A DNA stretch of 64,000 nt, taken from NCBI GenBank assembly GCA_951406725.2, contig OX597825.1, positions 67,518,001 through 67,582,000 of the forward strand, written 5' to 3'. The stretch is from Octopus vulgaris. Taxonomy: Eukaryota. Of the stretch, positions 1 to 15,051 are shown piece by piece. Each line of letters starts with the position of its first letter. Positions within the stretch are counted from its first letter, which is position 1. Under the pieces are notes generated by a model, which ran no database searches, had not been told where the DNA came from, and saw nothing but the letters and a program-made list of their open reading frames with translations. A program made the position numbers and the translations under genes.

Positions 1-17
1 GGTCTTAATTGATATAT

Positions 18-245
18 TTAATCAAGATAATATTTCTCTTTCGTTATTGATAACATGATAACATAATCCCTTCTATTTGGCAAATTATTGATCACACGGG
101 CGTAAAATTCCTTAGATTTCGAAGTAGAGAATAACTCGATATCATTTTTAATCTCATCGCAATTAATAAAATAGTTTCCTTCGAAATAATGTCGCAATGA
201 TGTGAAAAGCTGATAGTCAGGCGAATAAGGAGAATGAAGCTTTTT
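18..245 (-). pseudogene. mariner-type transposase C-terminal fragment
   Basis: ORF reads HSPYSPDYQLFTSLRHYFEG...SKSKEFYARVINNLPNR, a decayed match to the mariner HPPYSPDLAPSDYHLF motif and C-terminus. Confidence 0.75.
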
Positions 246-378
246 CATACACACACGTGTGTGTGTGCGCGCGCACGTGTGTGTGCGCGCACGTGTGTGT
301 GCGTGTGTGTGTATGTATGATCGTATGTATGAATGTGTACGTGTGTGTGTGTTTATATATATATATACATATACATAT

Positions 379-425
<47 letters not shown>

Positions 426-426
<1 letters not shown>

Positions 427-807
427 TAGCAGTATCGCCCGGCGTTGCTCGGGTTTGTAAAGGAAATAACTATATAACCATTTTTAGAGAGTTATAGCCA
501 AAAAATGCATTAAAAATGGAAAAAAATTATGGTAATTTTTTTTAAATCGTTGACTCATCGTAGACATTTTTAGAGAGTTACTTCCTTATATAATAGCGAA
601 AAATGCATTAAAATGGAAAAAAATTATGGTAAATTTTTTTATAAATCGTAGACTCATCGTAGACGCGCGCTAATACCCAGAAGGGCTCGATATGAATCAC
701 GACTATAAGATACCCGGTTTTGGTTAAACTGCACCGCAAAATGTGGGAGTAGTTAGGAATCTAAATCGTAGGAGACAGACACACAACTTGACTTTTATAT
801 ATAAAGA
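426..807 (-). mobile_element. non-autonomous Helitron, copy 1 (with ~85 bp internal duplication)
   Basis: On - strand starts A|TCTTTATATATAAAAG and ends CCCGAGCAACGCCGGGCGATACTGCTAG|T: 5' TC, 3' CTAG, subterminal GC hairpin, AT target, no TSD; second copy at 24350-24646. Confidence 0.85.
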
Positions 808-865
808 TATGGACATATAAGGTAATTCAAATAGATAAGGAGAATTTTACAGTTATGCATTTTTT

Positions 866-1070
866 ATTACTCTTTTACTTGTTTCAGTCATTTGACTGCG
901 GCCATGCTCGATCACCACGTTTAGTAGAGCAAATCGACCCAAGGAATTATTCTTTGTAAGCTTAGTACATATTCTATCGGTCCCTTTTGCCGAACCTCTA
1001 AATTACGGGGACGTAAATACAACACCATCGGTTGTCAAGCGATGTTGGGTGGGACAGACACAGACACACA
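866..1070 (-). mobile_element. SINE family A, 3' half
   Basis: Shares ttactcttttacttgtttcagtcatttgactgcggccatgct...gttgtcaagcgatg with copies at 15048 and 45310. Confidence 0.8.
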
Positions 1071-1169
<99 letters not shown>

Positions 1170-1552
1170 GTATATATCAGTGGTATCAGTGACGTCACGA
1201 CTAATTTCTGCAGTTGAGTGAACTGAAGGAAAGTGAAATAAAGTGTCTTGATCAAGAACACTTCACACAACCAGGTCCGGGAATCGAACTCACTACCTCA
1301 TTATCGTGAGCCCAACGCACTAACCGCTGATTCATTCACCTTCAGACACAAGAAAAACACATATGTGTATATATACATATACATACCTTGTTTGAACCCT
1401 TGAACCTTCTTGAATCTTCTACATTCAACCATTTTTGACGTCACTGCTTATAACGGAATATTTTAAAGAAATACTCATTATCGCTATGGGCTCCGTGTGG
1501 GCAGTCATCTAAAAGTTTTTGTTCATCTTGATGCTGACATAAGTTCCTTGTT

Positions 1553-1605
1553 TTTCCTGATGAAAAGGCGGCATCATGCACCCCTTATTCCTTCGAAATT
1601 AGGAA
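1553..1605 (+). ncRNA. degenerate minimal hammerhead-like motif
   Basis: tttc CTGATGA a aagg...cctt c GAAA TTA ggaa; stems I and II plausible, stem III vestigial. Confidence 0.35.
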
Positions 1606-1824
1606 TATGCAGCATTCGAAACATATGTCGAGAATAAAGGAATTTTGTTAATTCGTCGTTCAACTCCATTCTTTCATTTATTTGTATTTAAAAAAAGCAC
1701 ACAAATTTCCACACGAAAGCACGTGATCTCTGCCGTTGGCATGTAGCTTCAACCGTGTTTTTCTGACGTGAATTTGCTACCCAGGTTAACCGAATTATCC
1801 ATAATAAGATAATTCATTCAACTA

Positions 1825-1875
<51 letters not shown>

Positions 1876-1877
1876 AA

Positions 1878-2121
1878 TGCACCCTTTTAAAGCCTAGCCA
1901 GGCTCATGGGCCCGGTTTCCCGGTTTCTATGGCGCATGTGTTCCCCAGCTGGACGGGACGCCAGTCCGTCGCAGCGTTACTCATTTTTGCCAGCTGAGTG
2001 GACTGGAGCTACGTGAAATGAAGATTTTTGTTCAAGAACACAACGCGTCACCTGGTCCAGGAATCGAAACCACAATCTTAAAATCATGGTGCTGACACCC
2101 TTACCACTAACCCACGCGCTT

Positions 2122-2125
<4 letters not shown>
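1878..2125 (-). mobile_element. tRNA-derived SINE family B
   Basis: Reverse complement of the 5406-5665 copy; tRNA-like head with A/B-box-like motifs. Confidence 0.85.
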
Positions 2126-2187
<62 letters not shown>

Positions 2188-4299
2188 TCATATACACACA
2201 CAGTGAGAGGAAGAGATTGGTGCATAAACAGACAGACAGACAAACTGACATGAGTGATGGCAAAAGAATTTTGTAAACTTTCTCAAGAACCTGAACATAT
2301 TGTTTTTCGAAATAAAATATCCTGAGGCACATACGCAGAGCTAAACTTAACAGTATGTAAATATCGGGTAGAATGTTGCCTTCGACATATTCTATGAATA
2401 TTTCCATTCAATAATTTATAACTTTGTGTATGGGCCTCGAGGTTTATTATTATACATACACACACACCCACTAACACATACGCAGAAACACACACACGTA
2501 TGTATGTATGTATGTATTATGTATGTATGTATGTATGTATGTATATATGTAAATGTCGCACGATAGAATTTCTTGGTGTGTTAAGGCTACCGCTGGTTTC
2601 ATGTTCAAAAAATTATGCTAATATCTTAACATTTTTCAAGCAGATGACATGGAAGAATGGTGTTCGTCTCCAGTTTGGATACGTACATACATACGTGGAT
2701 ATATACTTACATGCCTACATGCATGCTTACACATGTATAACGGGTCAAAAGTATGAACGGGCAGTTACAATGTATCAAATCAGGTTATAACGTATCCATA
2801 ATTACATATTGCGATGAAATGCCAATAAGAGTCCTGAATGTGAAAATTTTGTAATATCCACATGTAAATAGAGCACTCCAGGATAAAGTACAAAGATCAT
2901 GTTTGTAAAACATATATTGGCAAGTAGACCAATGGTCTCACAGTTAAAAACATTGCATTTAATATAAAATTGGTGTGCATGTAGATCTTTACAGCTGTTT
3001 CTAGAATGGTTGAGTGATTGGTGCAGATCTCTGCATTTTGCCCGCATCACAAAATGTTATATCTTGTATGCATATTTGCATTTCTCTTCACTATGTTAAA
3101 TGTAACCATGTTGTAAGTTAACTTAATATCTTCTGGTTGCCAATTCATGCTTTTCTTGCGGTATACCTATATGAACTCAATCCAAACTTTGCCAGTAGCC
3201 GGTCTTAATTCCAGTAGGTATCATATTGTTGCCCTTAAAGCAGGAGTTTAGGCACAAATTTCACCTAAACGCTAATAGTGTATGTATCTAATGTCTTACC
3301 TCATCTTATTTACCCATAACTTATAAACGTATACATGTGTGCGTGTGTATGTGTGTGTGTGTGTGTGTTTAAATGATGGAAATATTTTATAGTTTATTTT
3401 TATAGCCAACGTTGCCGAGGTGCGTGGCTTAGTAATTAGAAGTGTTGGACTCATGATCGTAGGCGTTGCGTTCTTGAGCAAAACACTTCATTTCACTTTG
3501 CTCCAGTCCACTCAGCTGGCAAAAATGAGTAATCCCGTGACAGATCGATGTCCCGTTCAGGTGCAGAATATATACGCCATGAAACAGATCCTTTTAAGTC
3601 AGGGTGACTCGAGAACCTTAACTTTACCTCTAACTCTATGTATTATATCGGCTTAAATTTTGACACAAGGCCAGAAAATCGATTAGATCGGCACAGTTGT
3701 TCAACTGGTACTTATTTTATCGAGCGGAAAGGATGAAAGGCAAAGTCAAACCCGGGGGCATTTGAACTCAGAACAGACAAGATACCGCTAGGCATTTTTG
3801 CCTGTCATGCTAACGACTCTGCCAGCGCGCTGCATTAATTATATTTATTATATTTAAAATACACTTAACGGCAACATTTTAACAGATGAATCTTCGCCCT
3901 TAATCTACTAATGACATAGTTTCTAGTTCCCATTAGAAATAGTTACAGATTCCATGATTATAGATATTACTCTTTCACACAAGTCTTTTTAGACATAATA
4001 GCTTATATGAATCATTTCATATTTCACAAGTATCAAGAATTATTAATTAAAATTTAACTAGATACAATATGTGAAGATGAAATTATCAATATTTTTTATG
4101 TGGCTATTCAGCGGTGCATTATGTTTAACAGCGGGTAGCATAATTAGAAAATCTTGAAATAAATTCTTAATTTCATTTAATAGCATGATATATATCTCGT
4201 GTAATCAAAGAGGTCCATTCACAATCACCCCCAAACAGGTACACTCTCATACTTTCATCTATATATAGATATATATCTATATAGATATAGCAATAGATA

Positions 4300-4755
<456 letters not shown>

Positions 4756-5405
4756 TTGTATGTGCTATGTCTGAGTAATTAATTAACTATTAATCATTCT
4801 GTATCAATTCTATTCTAATTGGATCAGAATGAAATGAAAATAATACTTAACTCTGCCTAATCTAACTATGTTGTGTGATTTCAGATGCGATTGTGCTGGC
4901 GTTTGTACGTATAAGTGAGTGTATACAAGTCTATGTATGTACGTGTGTGTGTGTGCGTTTGTGTGTATGTGTATGTGTTCTTGTGTTTGAGTGTGTTTGC
5001 GTATACATGCAGCAAAACATAACTACAATATCAAGAAAGCGTGGGTTCTAAATATCAATGCGTGTTAATATCCCTCGTGTTTAACATGTATTTAATGCCT
5101 TAACGTGTTACTAAGCGAGTCTAAACAAGATGATCGCGACAGGTTCTGTCTAAAACTATCATGTCAATTAAATTGAGATTTTCATAACTTATTTTGCATT
5201 TCTCATGTATAGCCACTCGTCACCTAGTTTCGTGAACGTGAAGACGAAAATAAGTGAGCATTGATGAACCTTTAACGAGAATCGAAATTAGTTGACACGA
5301 ACCTCATTGGAAGTTTTGTGATTACTATATACAGGGACTCGCTTTTTTAATGAGTAGTTATGTGTTATTTAAACATGTGATTTATGATTCTGTGATGAAC
5401 GTGTC

Positions 5406-5665
5406 GTGGAGGCGCGTGGATTAGTGGTTAGGGTGTCAGCACCATGATCGTAAGATTGTGGTCTCGATTCTTGGGCCGGGCGATGCGTTGTGCTCTTGAG
5501 CAAAAAGATTCATTTCACGTGGCTCCAGTCCACTCAGCTGGCAAAAATGAGTAACGCTGCGATGGACTGGCGTCCCGTCCAGCTGGGGAACACATACGTC
5601 ATAGAAACCGGGAAACCGGGCCCATGAGCCTGGCTAGGCTTCAAAAGGGCGCATTAATTTATTTT
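5406..5665 (+). mobile_element. tRNA-derived SINE family B, full length
   Basis: gtggaggcgcgtggattagtggttagg head, ggtctcgattc B-box-like motif, imperfect TSD atgaacgtgtc/atgaacgtatc. Confidence 0.9.
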
Positions 5666-6919
5666 ATGAACGTATCACCAGCAACTAAGTCATCCAGCGA
5701 CCAATATCCTGAGCATTTATGCCATGCAGCTACTCATACAGCTCAGACGAGTAGGGCACGTCTCAAGCATAGATCAAAGGTATTGATTTATATTGATTTC
5801 AAATTTTGGCACATGGCCACTAAGTTCTGGGGAAGGTGTAAGTCGATTATATCGACCCCAGTACTCGACTGATATTTATTTTATCGTTACCAAATTGATG
5901 AAAAGCAAAGTCGAGATCGGCGGAATTTTGAACTTCGAACGTAAAGACGGATCCTGCACCAACCTAATCCGTAAAGACGGATGAAATACTGCTAAGCATT
6001 TTGTCCGTCATGCTAACAATCCTGGCAGCTCGCCACATTTGTATTGATTTATAATATTGGAACAAGGCAATATATTAAATGGAAGGGAACCAATTGATCC
6101 CCATCGATTCCAGTACATGACGAAAACTCGTGTAATACATCTTAGAACAATGAAATGAAAATTAAACTCTCGGCTAGTGATAAAATTGATCACAGGACCT
6201 CTTAAAATGTTGCAACCTGCCACTCAATAGTTTGTAGTAACCACAACACTTGTTAACACGATAGTTTTATATGTAGTAAGTACTCCATTATCTTACCGCT
6301 GGACATTATTAATGATAATTATATTATAAGAAGATAATAATTGTGTGAATAATGAGAAAGTGTAGATATTATCAAAAGTAAAGACAACGGCTGAAGGAGT
6401 AACTACGGCAAGAATCTTTATTAAGTTTCTTAGTCAATTAACGCTAATTGACTCATAAATACTTCGTGTTTGAGACTATATATCTCTGAATAAGTAGCAA
6501 AATGTCATATATTATAATCCTCACGTTCTTATCATCTTAATATTCCTGTCTCCCTCCTCTCCCACACTTTCTCCTTCATTCTCTCACTCTGTATATCTAT
6601 ATATACATACGCACACATTCACACACATATATGTGTGTATGTGTGTGCGTGTGTGTGTATGAGTGTGTGTGTATGTGTGTGCATGCATACATATATGTGC
6701 AAATATTTATACTTCATAGATACACGGGTTTTCATAATCATAACTTATATAAAGTGATTTCAAATTTTGGCACAAGGCCAGCAATTTCGGGTACAGGGCA
6801 AGTAGATTACATTGATCACGGCGCTGATCCGGTACATATATTTAATGACTTCGAAAGGATGAAAAGCAGAGTCGACTTTGACAGAATTTGAATCCAAAAC
6901 GTGAAGATGAATGAAATAC

Positions 6920-7150
6920 CTATTTCTTTACTACCTTCAAGGGGCTAAACACAGAGAGGACAAACAAGGACAGACAAACGGATTAATTCGATTATATCGA
7001 CCCCAGTGCGTAACTGGTACTTATTTAATCGACCCCGAAAGGATGAAAAGCAAAGTCGACCTCGGCGGAATTTGAACTCAGAACGTAACGGCAGACGAAA
7101 TACGTCTACTCATTTCGCCCAGCGTGCTAACGATTCTGTCAGCTCACTGC
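6920..7150 (-). mobile_element. SINE family D inserted in an older D-like copy
   Basis: Family body gtcgactttgcctttcatcctttcggggtcg (reverse complement); junction at gaaatacc|tatttc. Confidence 0.85.
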
Positions 7151-7171
7151 GTTTATTGTGTATATCTTTTT

Positions 7172-7470
7172 GGGGCGCCCTTTTCAAGCCTAGCCAGGGC
7201 CCTGTTTTCCGGTTTCTGCGGCGTATGTGTTCCCCCCAGCTGGACGGGACGGCAATCCATCACAGCGTTACTCAAGAAACAGGAAGAGAGAGGGAGAGAA
7301 ATTTGGAGCGAAAAACTACAACAGGGATCGCCACCACCCCCTGTCGGGGCCGGGGGGAGCTTTATGTGTTTTCGCTCAATAAACACACACAACGCCCGGT
7401 CTGGGAATCAAAACCGCGATCGTCCAACCGCGTGTCCGCTGCCCTAACCACTGGGTCATTGCGCCTCCAC
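7172..7470 (-). mobile_element. chimeric SINE: family C head with family B tail
   Basis: Head matches 12524 copy, tail (cccgtccagctgggg...gaaaccgg...ctggctaggct) matches 5406 copy. Confidence 0.8.
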
Positions 7471-8329
7471 TTATTACGTATATAAAGTAACCTAAGTTTC
7501 TATTACTGCTCTCTTATGTAGACACCAGACAACCAAAGTGGAATGGAATAAGACGATACCGTTCGGAGAACCACAGGATATGACTGATATCTTATTTCAT
7601 CCACCCGAAAGGTTGAAAGCCAAACTTGATTCCCTCTTGGCACTGTTTGCAATGATAAATAAATAAAAGCTAGCATGGGCAATATTCCCTGAGCGGGTTG
7701 CATGAGACATGGCTCATCGTCAGACAAACTGCACTACTAAAAAATTCAAGGTAATTGTTCGTTACACTTGCCATTCAGAACGCTCGGCATGCGGACAGCA
7801 AGCCGCGCTTTCCCCATAACTAAAATGAAAGACATAGATTGTGCTCTTCTTTTGCAATATCATTTTTGACGAAGATGAATGCATTAACATCAAAAGTGAG
7901 ATTCACATGTGCTTGTGTACATGCATGAGTGTGCGTGTACGAGTGTGCATGTATACGTGTATATGTGAATTTGTGTGTGTCTGTGTGTGTGTGTGTTTAT
8001 GTGTGGATATGTGCATGTATGTGTCCGTGTATGTGTTTGTGCGAGTGCTGGACGAAATCAATGAGGCTAACGTTCTTTTCAAACGTTACAAGTGGATAAT
8101 TGCAGTGAAGAAATAAGAAGCGAGGGAAATCTTGAGAATCGAAGTTCTGGTCACAAACGATTGGAATGAGGGGGGGGCGTGTGAGGCCTGCGTCATGAGG
8201 TGTATACTAAATGTACCATTCGTTTATAACTCAGGTGGATACATTCATTAATCTTGTATAGAAGATGGTGAAAAATAGTTGGTGATTACAAGTTTACAAG
8301 AGGCCAATTACTGATTAAGAACAGTTGTC

Positions 8330-8800
<471 letters not shown>

Positions 8801-8887
8801 TACATAGAAATACTGGAGGATTAGACGATATCAAAATATTATGTAAATCTTAGTAATCGATTATTGTTTTTGAGGAGAAGAGGGAAA

Positions 8888-8935
8888 CATCTGAAGATTC
8901 TGATATAAGATTCTTAGAGACATTGCAATGTAACG
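8888..8935 (+). ncRNA. degenerate type I hammerhead-like motif
   Basis: cat CTGAAGA ... GAGAC ATTGCAAT GTA acg; 12 nt palindromic stem III (ACATTGCAATGT); GAAA mutated to GAGA. Confidence 0.45.
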
Positions 8936-10114
8936 GAAAGCTAGTGGAAGGGATAAAGAGGTGAACGAATTACAAACTACAGCTAGGAGGCGGATAAGGA
9001 AATGTAGTGCAGTAAGAGGGACCACTGAAGTGATGGCATGAGGCACGAGTGCTTCAGTTAGATATTGTTGTTGTTGTTGTTTGTCCCTTCTCTAGCCATG
9101 CCTGCTCATAAGGGCCGGTTTCCCGGTTTCCTTGGCGTATAGGTTCCCCGCCTGGACGGGACGCCGGTCCGTCGCAGGTGAGCTGCAAGATGCAGGAGGA
9201 AAGAGTGAGAGAAAGTTGTGGCGAAAGAGTCAAAAGAAGTTTGCCATTACCTTCTGTCGGGGCCGCGTGGAGCTTAGGTGTTTCGCTCATAAACACACAT
9301 ATCGCCTTTGTATTTGGTTATGTGTATGTATTTGCCTTTGTTTCCATCACCGCTTAACTACCGGTGTTGGTTTGGTTGCTTTCCCCCGTATCCTAGCACT
9401 TCAGAAAAAGAGAACAATAGAATAGATACTAGACTTTAAAAATATTATTGGAGTCGATTTCCTCGACTAAACGTTTCAAGGATATGCCTGAGCATGGCCG
9501 CAGTCCAATGATTGAAACAAGTAACTGATAAAATATTTATGCGGATTCCTGATAGTGAATATCTATAAGACAGAGAAGTAAACCATTCTGACTGTTTAAA
9601 TGTGTGTAGAAGGGCATTATACAATGTGTTCGTTTCTGATCTGAGACGTTAACGTCACGCTTCAGTTTATTAGCTGCCACATCTAGCTGGTCGACCCATT
9701 ACATAGAAACTGCTTCGTTGGTTCCTGTATCGTGTATATAAGAGAGTTCACATCCGATTCTGTTTATGCCTCTGTGTGTGTCTGTATGAATGTCATTATT
9801 CAGTTTCATTTCAAGATTTCTTGCTAATAAAGAACCGGTTTCTAACCTAGATCAAAGGGTCTTTCACAAGAATTGCAATATCAACAGGGTATTTTTGTAC
9901 GTACGTAAACTTGCAGATTTGTATGTTTTCTCTTATGTATGTTTTCTCATGCATATAGTTGCATATCTAGACATGTCCATATGTACATAAATGATAAACG
10001 TATGGAAAGTTTTACAAAGTTTTACAATATCAGTGATGGATTCTATCTGTAGTCTTCCAATCAGCTTTCTCCTTTTTGGTTCTGAGAAGTCTAATTTCTT
10101 AAGATTAGTACGCA

Positions 10115-10146
<32 letters not shown>

Positions 10147-10849
10147 TGAATGTCTTTCTATAAGATGGCTCATAACACGGTAGCTAAATATATTCACTTG
10201 TAGAAATTAAAAACAAAATATCAAAATTTCTACACAGCAAAGACTTTTAAACGCACTCATATTCTGCTCTGTTTTGCTAAGGGATCACCATTCCACTCTG
10301 TATTGGACCGAAACATGTATCTTATACCAATTTTCAAAGAATTACTTGTATTCCTAACGTTTTCTACTATACACATAAAACTTGAAATTGGGGAGTGGAA
10401 CTGGCTAGTTGGTTATATTGGCCTCGGTGCTCAACTGATACAAATGTTATCGAACATGAAAGAGATTGAAAATCAAAGTCAACCCAGGTGCGTTTGAATT
10501 TACAATATAAAGCTGGAATAAATGCTGCTAATGACTTTTTTCGGCGAGCTATAACGATTCCGCTAGTTCGCATTTCAAACTTTGGGTTTTTAATATAAAA
10601 TGGCCGTCACTCACGAGCGAGTATGGCGTGATAGCATGTACCCGGCTTTTGCCAATTGCTTTAGGTTCCTATGTTGTTACGTGCACATATAAACATATTC
10701 TCGGATCTATTACACGCTGAAATTTCAGGGTATAACAGTAGACAAAAAAATGTTTTGCTCAAAGGTACAAAACGCTGTCTTGGGCACAAATCACAAGTTT
10801 AAGATCATCAAAACAAGAACCTATACACTAGTCTACGTACGTTCACACA

Positions 10850-11195
10850 AAGGTAAAGGGTAAAACCCCCTTTAGTCATGAAAGACCACGAGATTGCAGC
10901 CCGGAAGTTCCCCTCCGAGGCACAAGTCTGAGCAAGGTCGTTTGTGGAAGACCAGAAGTTGACCATGAATACCAGCCTCCCCACTTGACCCCACTGATGT
11001 CATCCAATGGAAAGTCAAAAGCCGATACAACTTGGTACCAATGACGTCGCAACTCATTTCCACAGATGAGTGAACTGGCGCAACATGAAATAAAGTTTCT
11101 TGCTCAAGAACACAACACACAAACCGGTCCAGGGATCGATTTCACTACCCAATGATTATGAAGCCAACGCTTTTAACACTGAGTCATGCGCCTTC
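10850..11195 (-). mobile_element. tRNA-derived SINE with distinct tail ending in (ACCTTT)-like repeats
   Basis: B-like head (cttgagcaagaaactttatttcatgttgc), different 3' body, ends ttaccctttaccttt on - strand; partial copy near 1185-1345. Confidence 0.7.
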
Positions 11196-11589
11196 CCTCT
11201 AGTGAGTTATTCGAGTAAGGGGATACAAAATGTGACTTGATTAATTTAAAACCAGTATATTCTATAAATACAATAACATACAATATAGGTATTACATGCA
11301 CCAGTGATAAGAAGGAAACGAACTACAGCACGGTAAATTCGGTGCGTTATGTTATGGAAGGCATTGAGTTATCGAAGTCGCAGGTGAAAGGAAATTTCGA
11401 ATGTGTTGGTGAGATTTGTACATCCTCTTCAAATATTTATAAACTCTTCACATCCCTTCCGTTCGTCTATATACACTATTACTAGTTGCTTGTATTGTCT
11501 CCATCACTGGCCCTCTCTCTCCATCTCTTTCCCTCTTTCTCTATGTATCTATATAGCTACATACATACATACATAAATACATTATATAT

Positions 11590-11648
<59 letters not shown>

Positions 11649-11835
11649 CATATATTCATGTATATATATATGTTTATATATATATACATATATTCATTTA
11701 TATATATATATATTCATGTATATATATGTATATATATATATATAGAGAGAGAGAGATATATTCATTTATATATATATTCATGTATATATATATATGTATA
11801 TATATATATACATATATTCATTTATAGATATATAT

Positions 11836-11962
<127 letters not shown>

Positions 11963-12523
11963 CGTATATATATGATATTCTTTCCACCTGATGCTGCCTT
12001 ATCGGAAACATAAATACTACCTAAGTATCATATATTGAATATTAAATTTAGTCGTTCACTACAGTTATACAACGTTTAACACTTCGTTACGAATTTCACG
12101 CATGTATTCATATCGAGATGGGTTTGATAAATACGTACAGGAATTCTTTTCTCAATGATTCAGAAGTCAAACTAAATTTCTCATTGGATATATTTGCTCA
12201 CACAGGAAGATGATTTGTTTACAAGTTCATGTAGGAAATCTTTGTCTGCTTCATTTCTCATCCGTTCTGTATATATGTTTCATACTTGAATGGTTTTTGT
12301 GAGCTGGCCATACCCTCAAGTACTTACAAAATCAAGACTTCTACTTAAAGAGCTTGTCTTCTCTTCACAACATGATAATCAGTAATTAATCCGATTTATT
12401 TCCTTGTTTTTTTTTTTGTTTTTTTTTAATCAATACGATAATCTTAGACATGATTGGATACGAAAATACGGTTCTTTGATTTATTGCCTTCTGACCTTTT
12501 TATTCACAGTATTGGCTTCCATT

Positions 12524-12912
12524 GTGGAGGCGCAATGGCCCAGTGGTTAGGGCAGCGGACTCGCAGTCATAGGAATGCAGTTTCGATTCCCAGACCGGGC
12601 ATTGTGAGTGTTTATTGAGCGAAAACACCCAAAGCTCCACGAGGCTCCGGCAGGGAATGGTGGTGATCCCTGCTGTACTCTTTCACCACAACTTTCTCTC
12701 ACTCTTACTTCCTGTTTCTGTTGTACCTGTATTTCAAAGGGCCGGCCTTGTCACTCTCTGTGTCACGCTGAATATCCTCGAGAACTACGTTAAGGGTACA
12801 CGTGTCTGTGGAGTGCTCAGCCACTTACACGTTAATTTCACGAGCAGGCTGTTACGTTAATTCGGATCAACCGGTGCCCTCGTCGTCGTAACCGACGGAG
12901 TGCTTCCATCCT
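12524..12912 (+). mobile_element. tRNA-derived SINE family C, full length
   Basis: A box tggcccagtgg, B-box-like gtttcgattcc; 12 bp TSD ttggcttccatt (12512-12523 and 12913-12924). Confidence 0.92.
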
Positions 12913-12926
12913 TTGGCTTCCATTAA

Positions 12927-13065
12927 GGTGGCGAGTTAGCAGAAACGTTAGCACGCCGGGCGAAAGGCTTAGCGGTATTTCGTCTGCCGTTACGTTCTGA
13001 GTTCAAATTCCACCGAAGTCGACTTTGCCTTTCATCCTTTTGGGGTCGATAAATCAAGTACCAGA
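12927..13065 (+). mobile_element. SINE family D, 3'-truncated
   Basis: ggtggcgagttagcagaaacgttagcacgccgggcgaaa...gagttcaaattcc. Confidence 0.85.
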
Positions 13066-13576
13066 TGTTTGTTAAGTGTACAGTTACTTTTTCTCGCGTA
13101 CTCTTCAGAACTGACAAGTAATAAAAAAATATATGGCAACTGCTCTCCGTTATGTCCACCCTAACATGGGATTGAACATTCGGGTACCCATTCAAGGCCC
13201 CAATTTCTCATGAAAAACACCCTACACATATAATACCCCTGCATACATTCCAACCCTACATGAATAGCAATCCCTAACCCTTTCACATAGTCAGAACACT
13301 TTTGTAGACTTACATCTCAGAGCCCTTTGGTAGGTGAACAAGGGACATAACTTTTGATATGATACCTATTCATTTCGTTTTGTCTTTTTTAAAAGCTTCT
13401 AGAAACCGAATATTGTTTTTCACTCCCAATAACAGAAACCATCTATCATATCTTTATTCCATACCTGACACATTCACGAGCACAACGAATTCCGTAACGG
13501 GTTTAATACCCAACGCGAAACTGATTGGAAAGATCGGTCTTAATATATAATACTGCACACTTTTATTTTTATATAT

Positions 13577-13963
13577 GATGGAAGCACTCCGTCGGTTACG
13601 ACGACGAGGGTTCCGGTTGATCCGAATCAACGGAACAGCCTGCTCGTGAAATTAACGTGTAAATGGCTGAGCACTCCACAGACACGCGTACCCTTAACGT
13701 AGTTCTCGGGGATATTCAGCGTGACACAGAGAGTGACAAGGCCGGCCCTTTGAAATACAGGTACAACAGAAACAGGAAGTAAGAGTGAGAGAAAGTTGTG
13801 GTGAAAGAGTACAGCAGGGATCACCACCATCCCCTGCCGGAGCCTCGTTGAGCTTTAGGTGTTTTCGCTCAATAAACACTCACAACGCCCGGTCTGGAAA
13901 TCGAAACCGCAATCCTATGATCGCGAGTCCGCTGCCCTAACCACTGGGCCATTACGCCTCCAC
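13577..13963 (-). mobile_element. SINE family C, full length
   Basis: Near-identical reverse complement of 12524-12912; TSD atttttatatat. Confidence 0.92.
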
Positions 13964-14133
13964 CATTTTTATATATAAAAGTAAATGTAAGGAAAGTAAG
14001 TTAGACAGATCGATACATAAGGTATATTAAATACATGGAATAGAATAATGTATATATATATTATAAAAGGTCTGACTTACACAGAATAGTAATGATATAG
14101 AGAAATAGAGGGCATGAGGAACAGTATTACAAA

Positions 14134-14224
14134 TCCAACAGCTGTTTCTGGGGACACGGTGGTTCATAATAATATTTGTAAATTAATTCTATCATAAGAT
14201 GAGACGAGTCACCGGCTTCAGGGA
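14134..14224 (-). ncRNA. non-canonical hammerhead-like motif (CUGAAGC core)
   Basis: - strand: tcc CTGAAGC CGGTG...CACCG tgtcccca GAAAC AGCT GTT gga; palindromic stem III loop, stem I tcc/gga. Confidence 0.5.
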
Positions 14225-14774
14225 GGAAATGTTACATTTGAGTTTCTGCCTTGATCTGTCTCTCTCTTGTTCACACTTGAAATGTTCTTTATAAAATTAT
14301 TTTAGCATTTACTATTTTGACTTATTTTTTCATATATATCAACTCGTGTGTTCCTTTTCATCCTTATACATATATATATAATGAAGTCATCATAGGGAAT
14401 AGTGAAGAATTATACATATTCAAAATTTATTTATTGCAGTACCATTCTCATTAAGTTCATATTGACTTCCTATCCAACGATGGAGAAGTGTACTAATGTG
14501 AATTTAAAGAGAATGATACTGTCATATGCAACTTTTTAATGTAAATGATTCTCCATTCTGCTTTATTGTGGCTTCATTACATATTGAGTATGCTGTACGA
14601 AATTCCATGAAGCGAACTCAGTTTAACTATCGAGGGAAGTACTGTACAATTGTTTATCTTAAGAATTCTGTATGTTCCTATCATTCGCTGACGTTAGCCT
14701 AATCTTTATTGTATCAGAGTGTTAATAGGTTACCTGGCTAAATTCTAAATCTCTATTCCTTTACGCTTTGTGTG

Positions 14775-14811
<37 letters not shown>

Positions 14812-15014
14812 GCACAAAGCGTTGCCCACAGGGGGATAAATGTAGAGGGGACAAACAAGGATAGACAAAGGGATTAAGTCGATTACATCGACTCCAGTGC
14901 GTAACTGGTACTTATTTAACCGACTCCGAAAGGATGAATGGCTAAGCCGTGCTCGACGGAATTTGAACTTAGAACGTATCGGCATACGAAATACCGCTAA
15001 ACATTTCGCCCGCC

Positions 15015-15047
<33 letters not shown>

Positions 15048-15051
<4 letters not shown>

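Noticed and set aside
7006-7485. Recurrent ORFs such as [14 protein letters not shown] and MFIERKH
   Set aside because: Incidental frames through SINE copies
11984-12015. Isolated CTGATG or CTGAAGA hits (also near 7715, 32257, 36604, 40402, 40840, 42950, 46170)
   Set aside because: Lack a convincing GAAA-stem III-NUH or stem I pairing, so not counted as hammerheads
12524-12600. tRNA-like sequences
   Set aside because: They are SINE heads continuing into SINE bodies with TSDs; no complete cloverleaf supported
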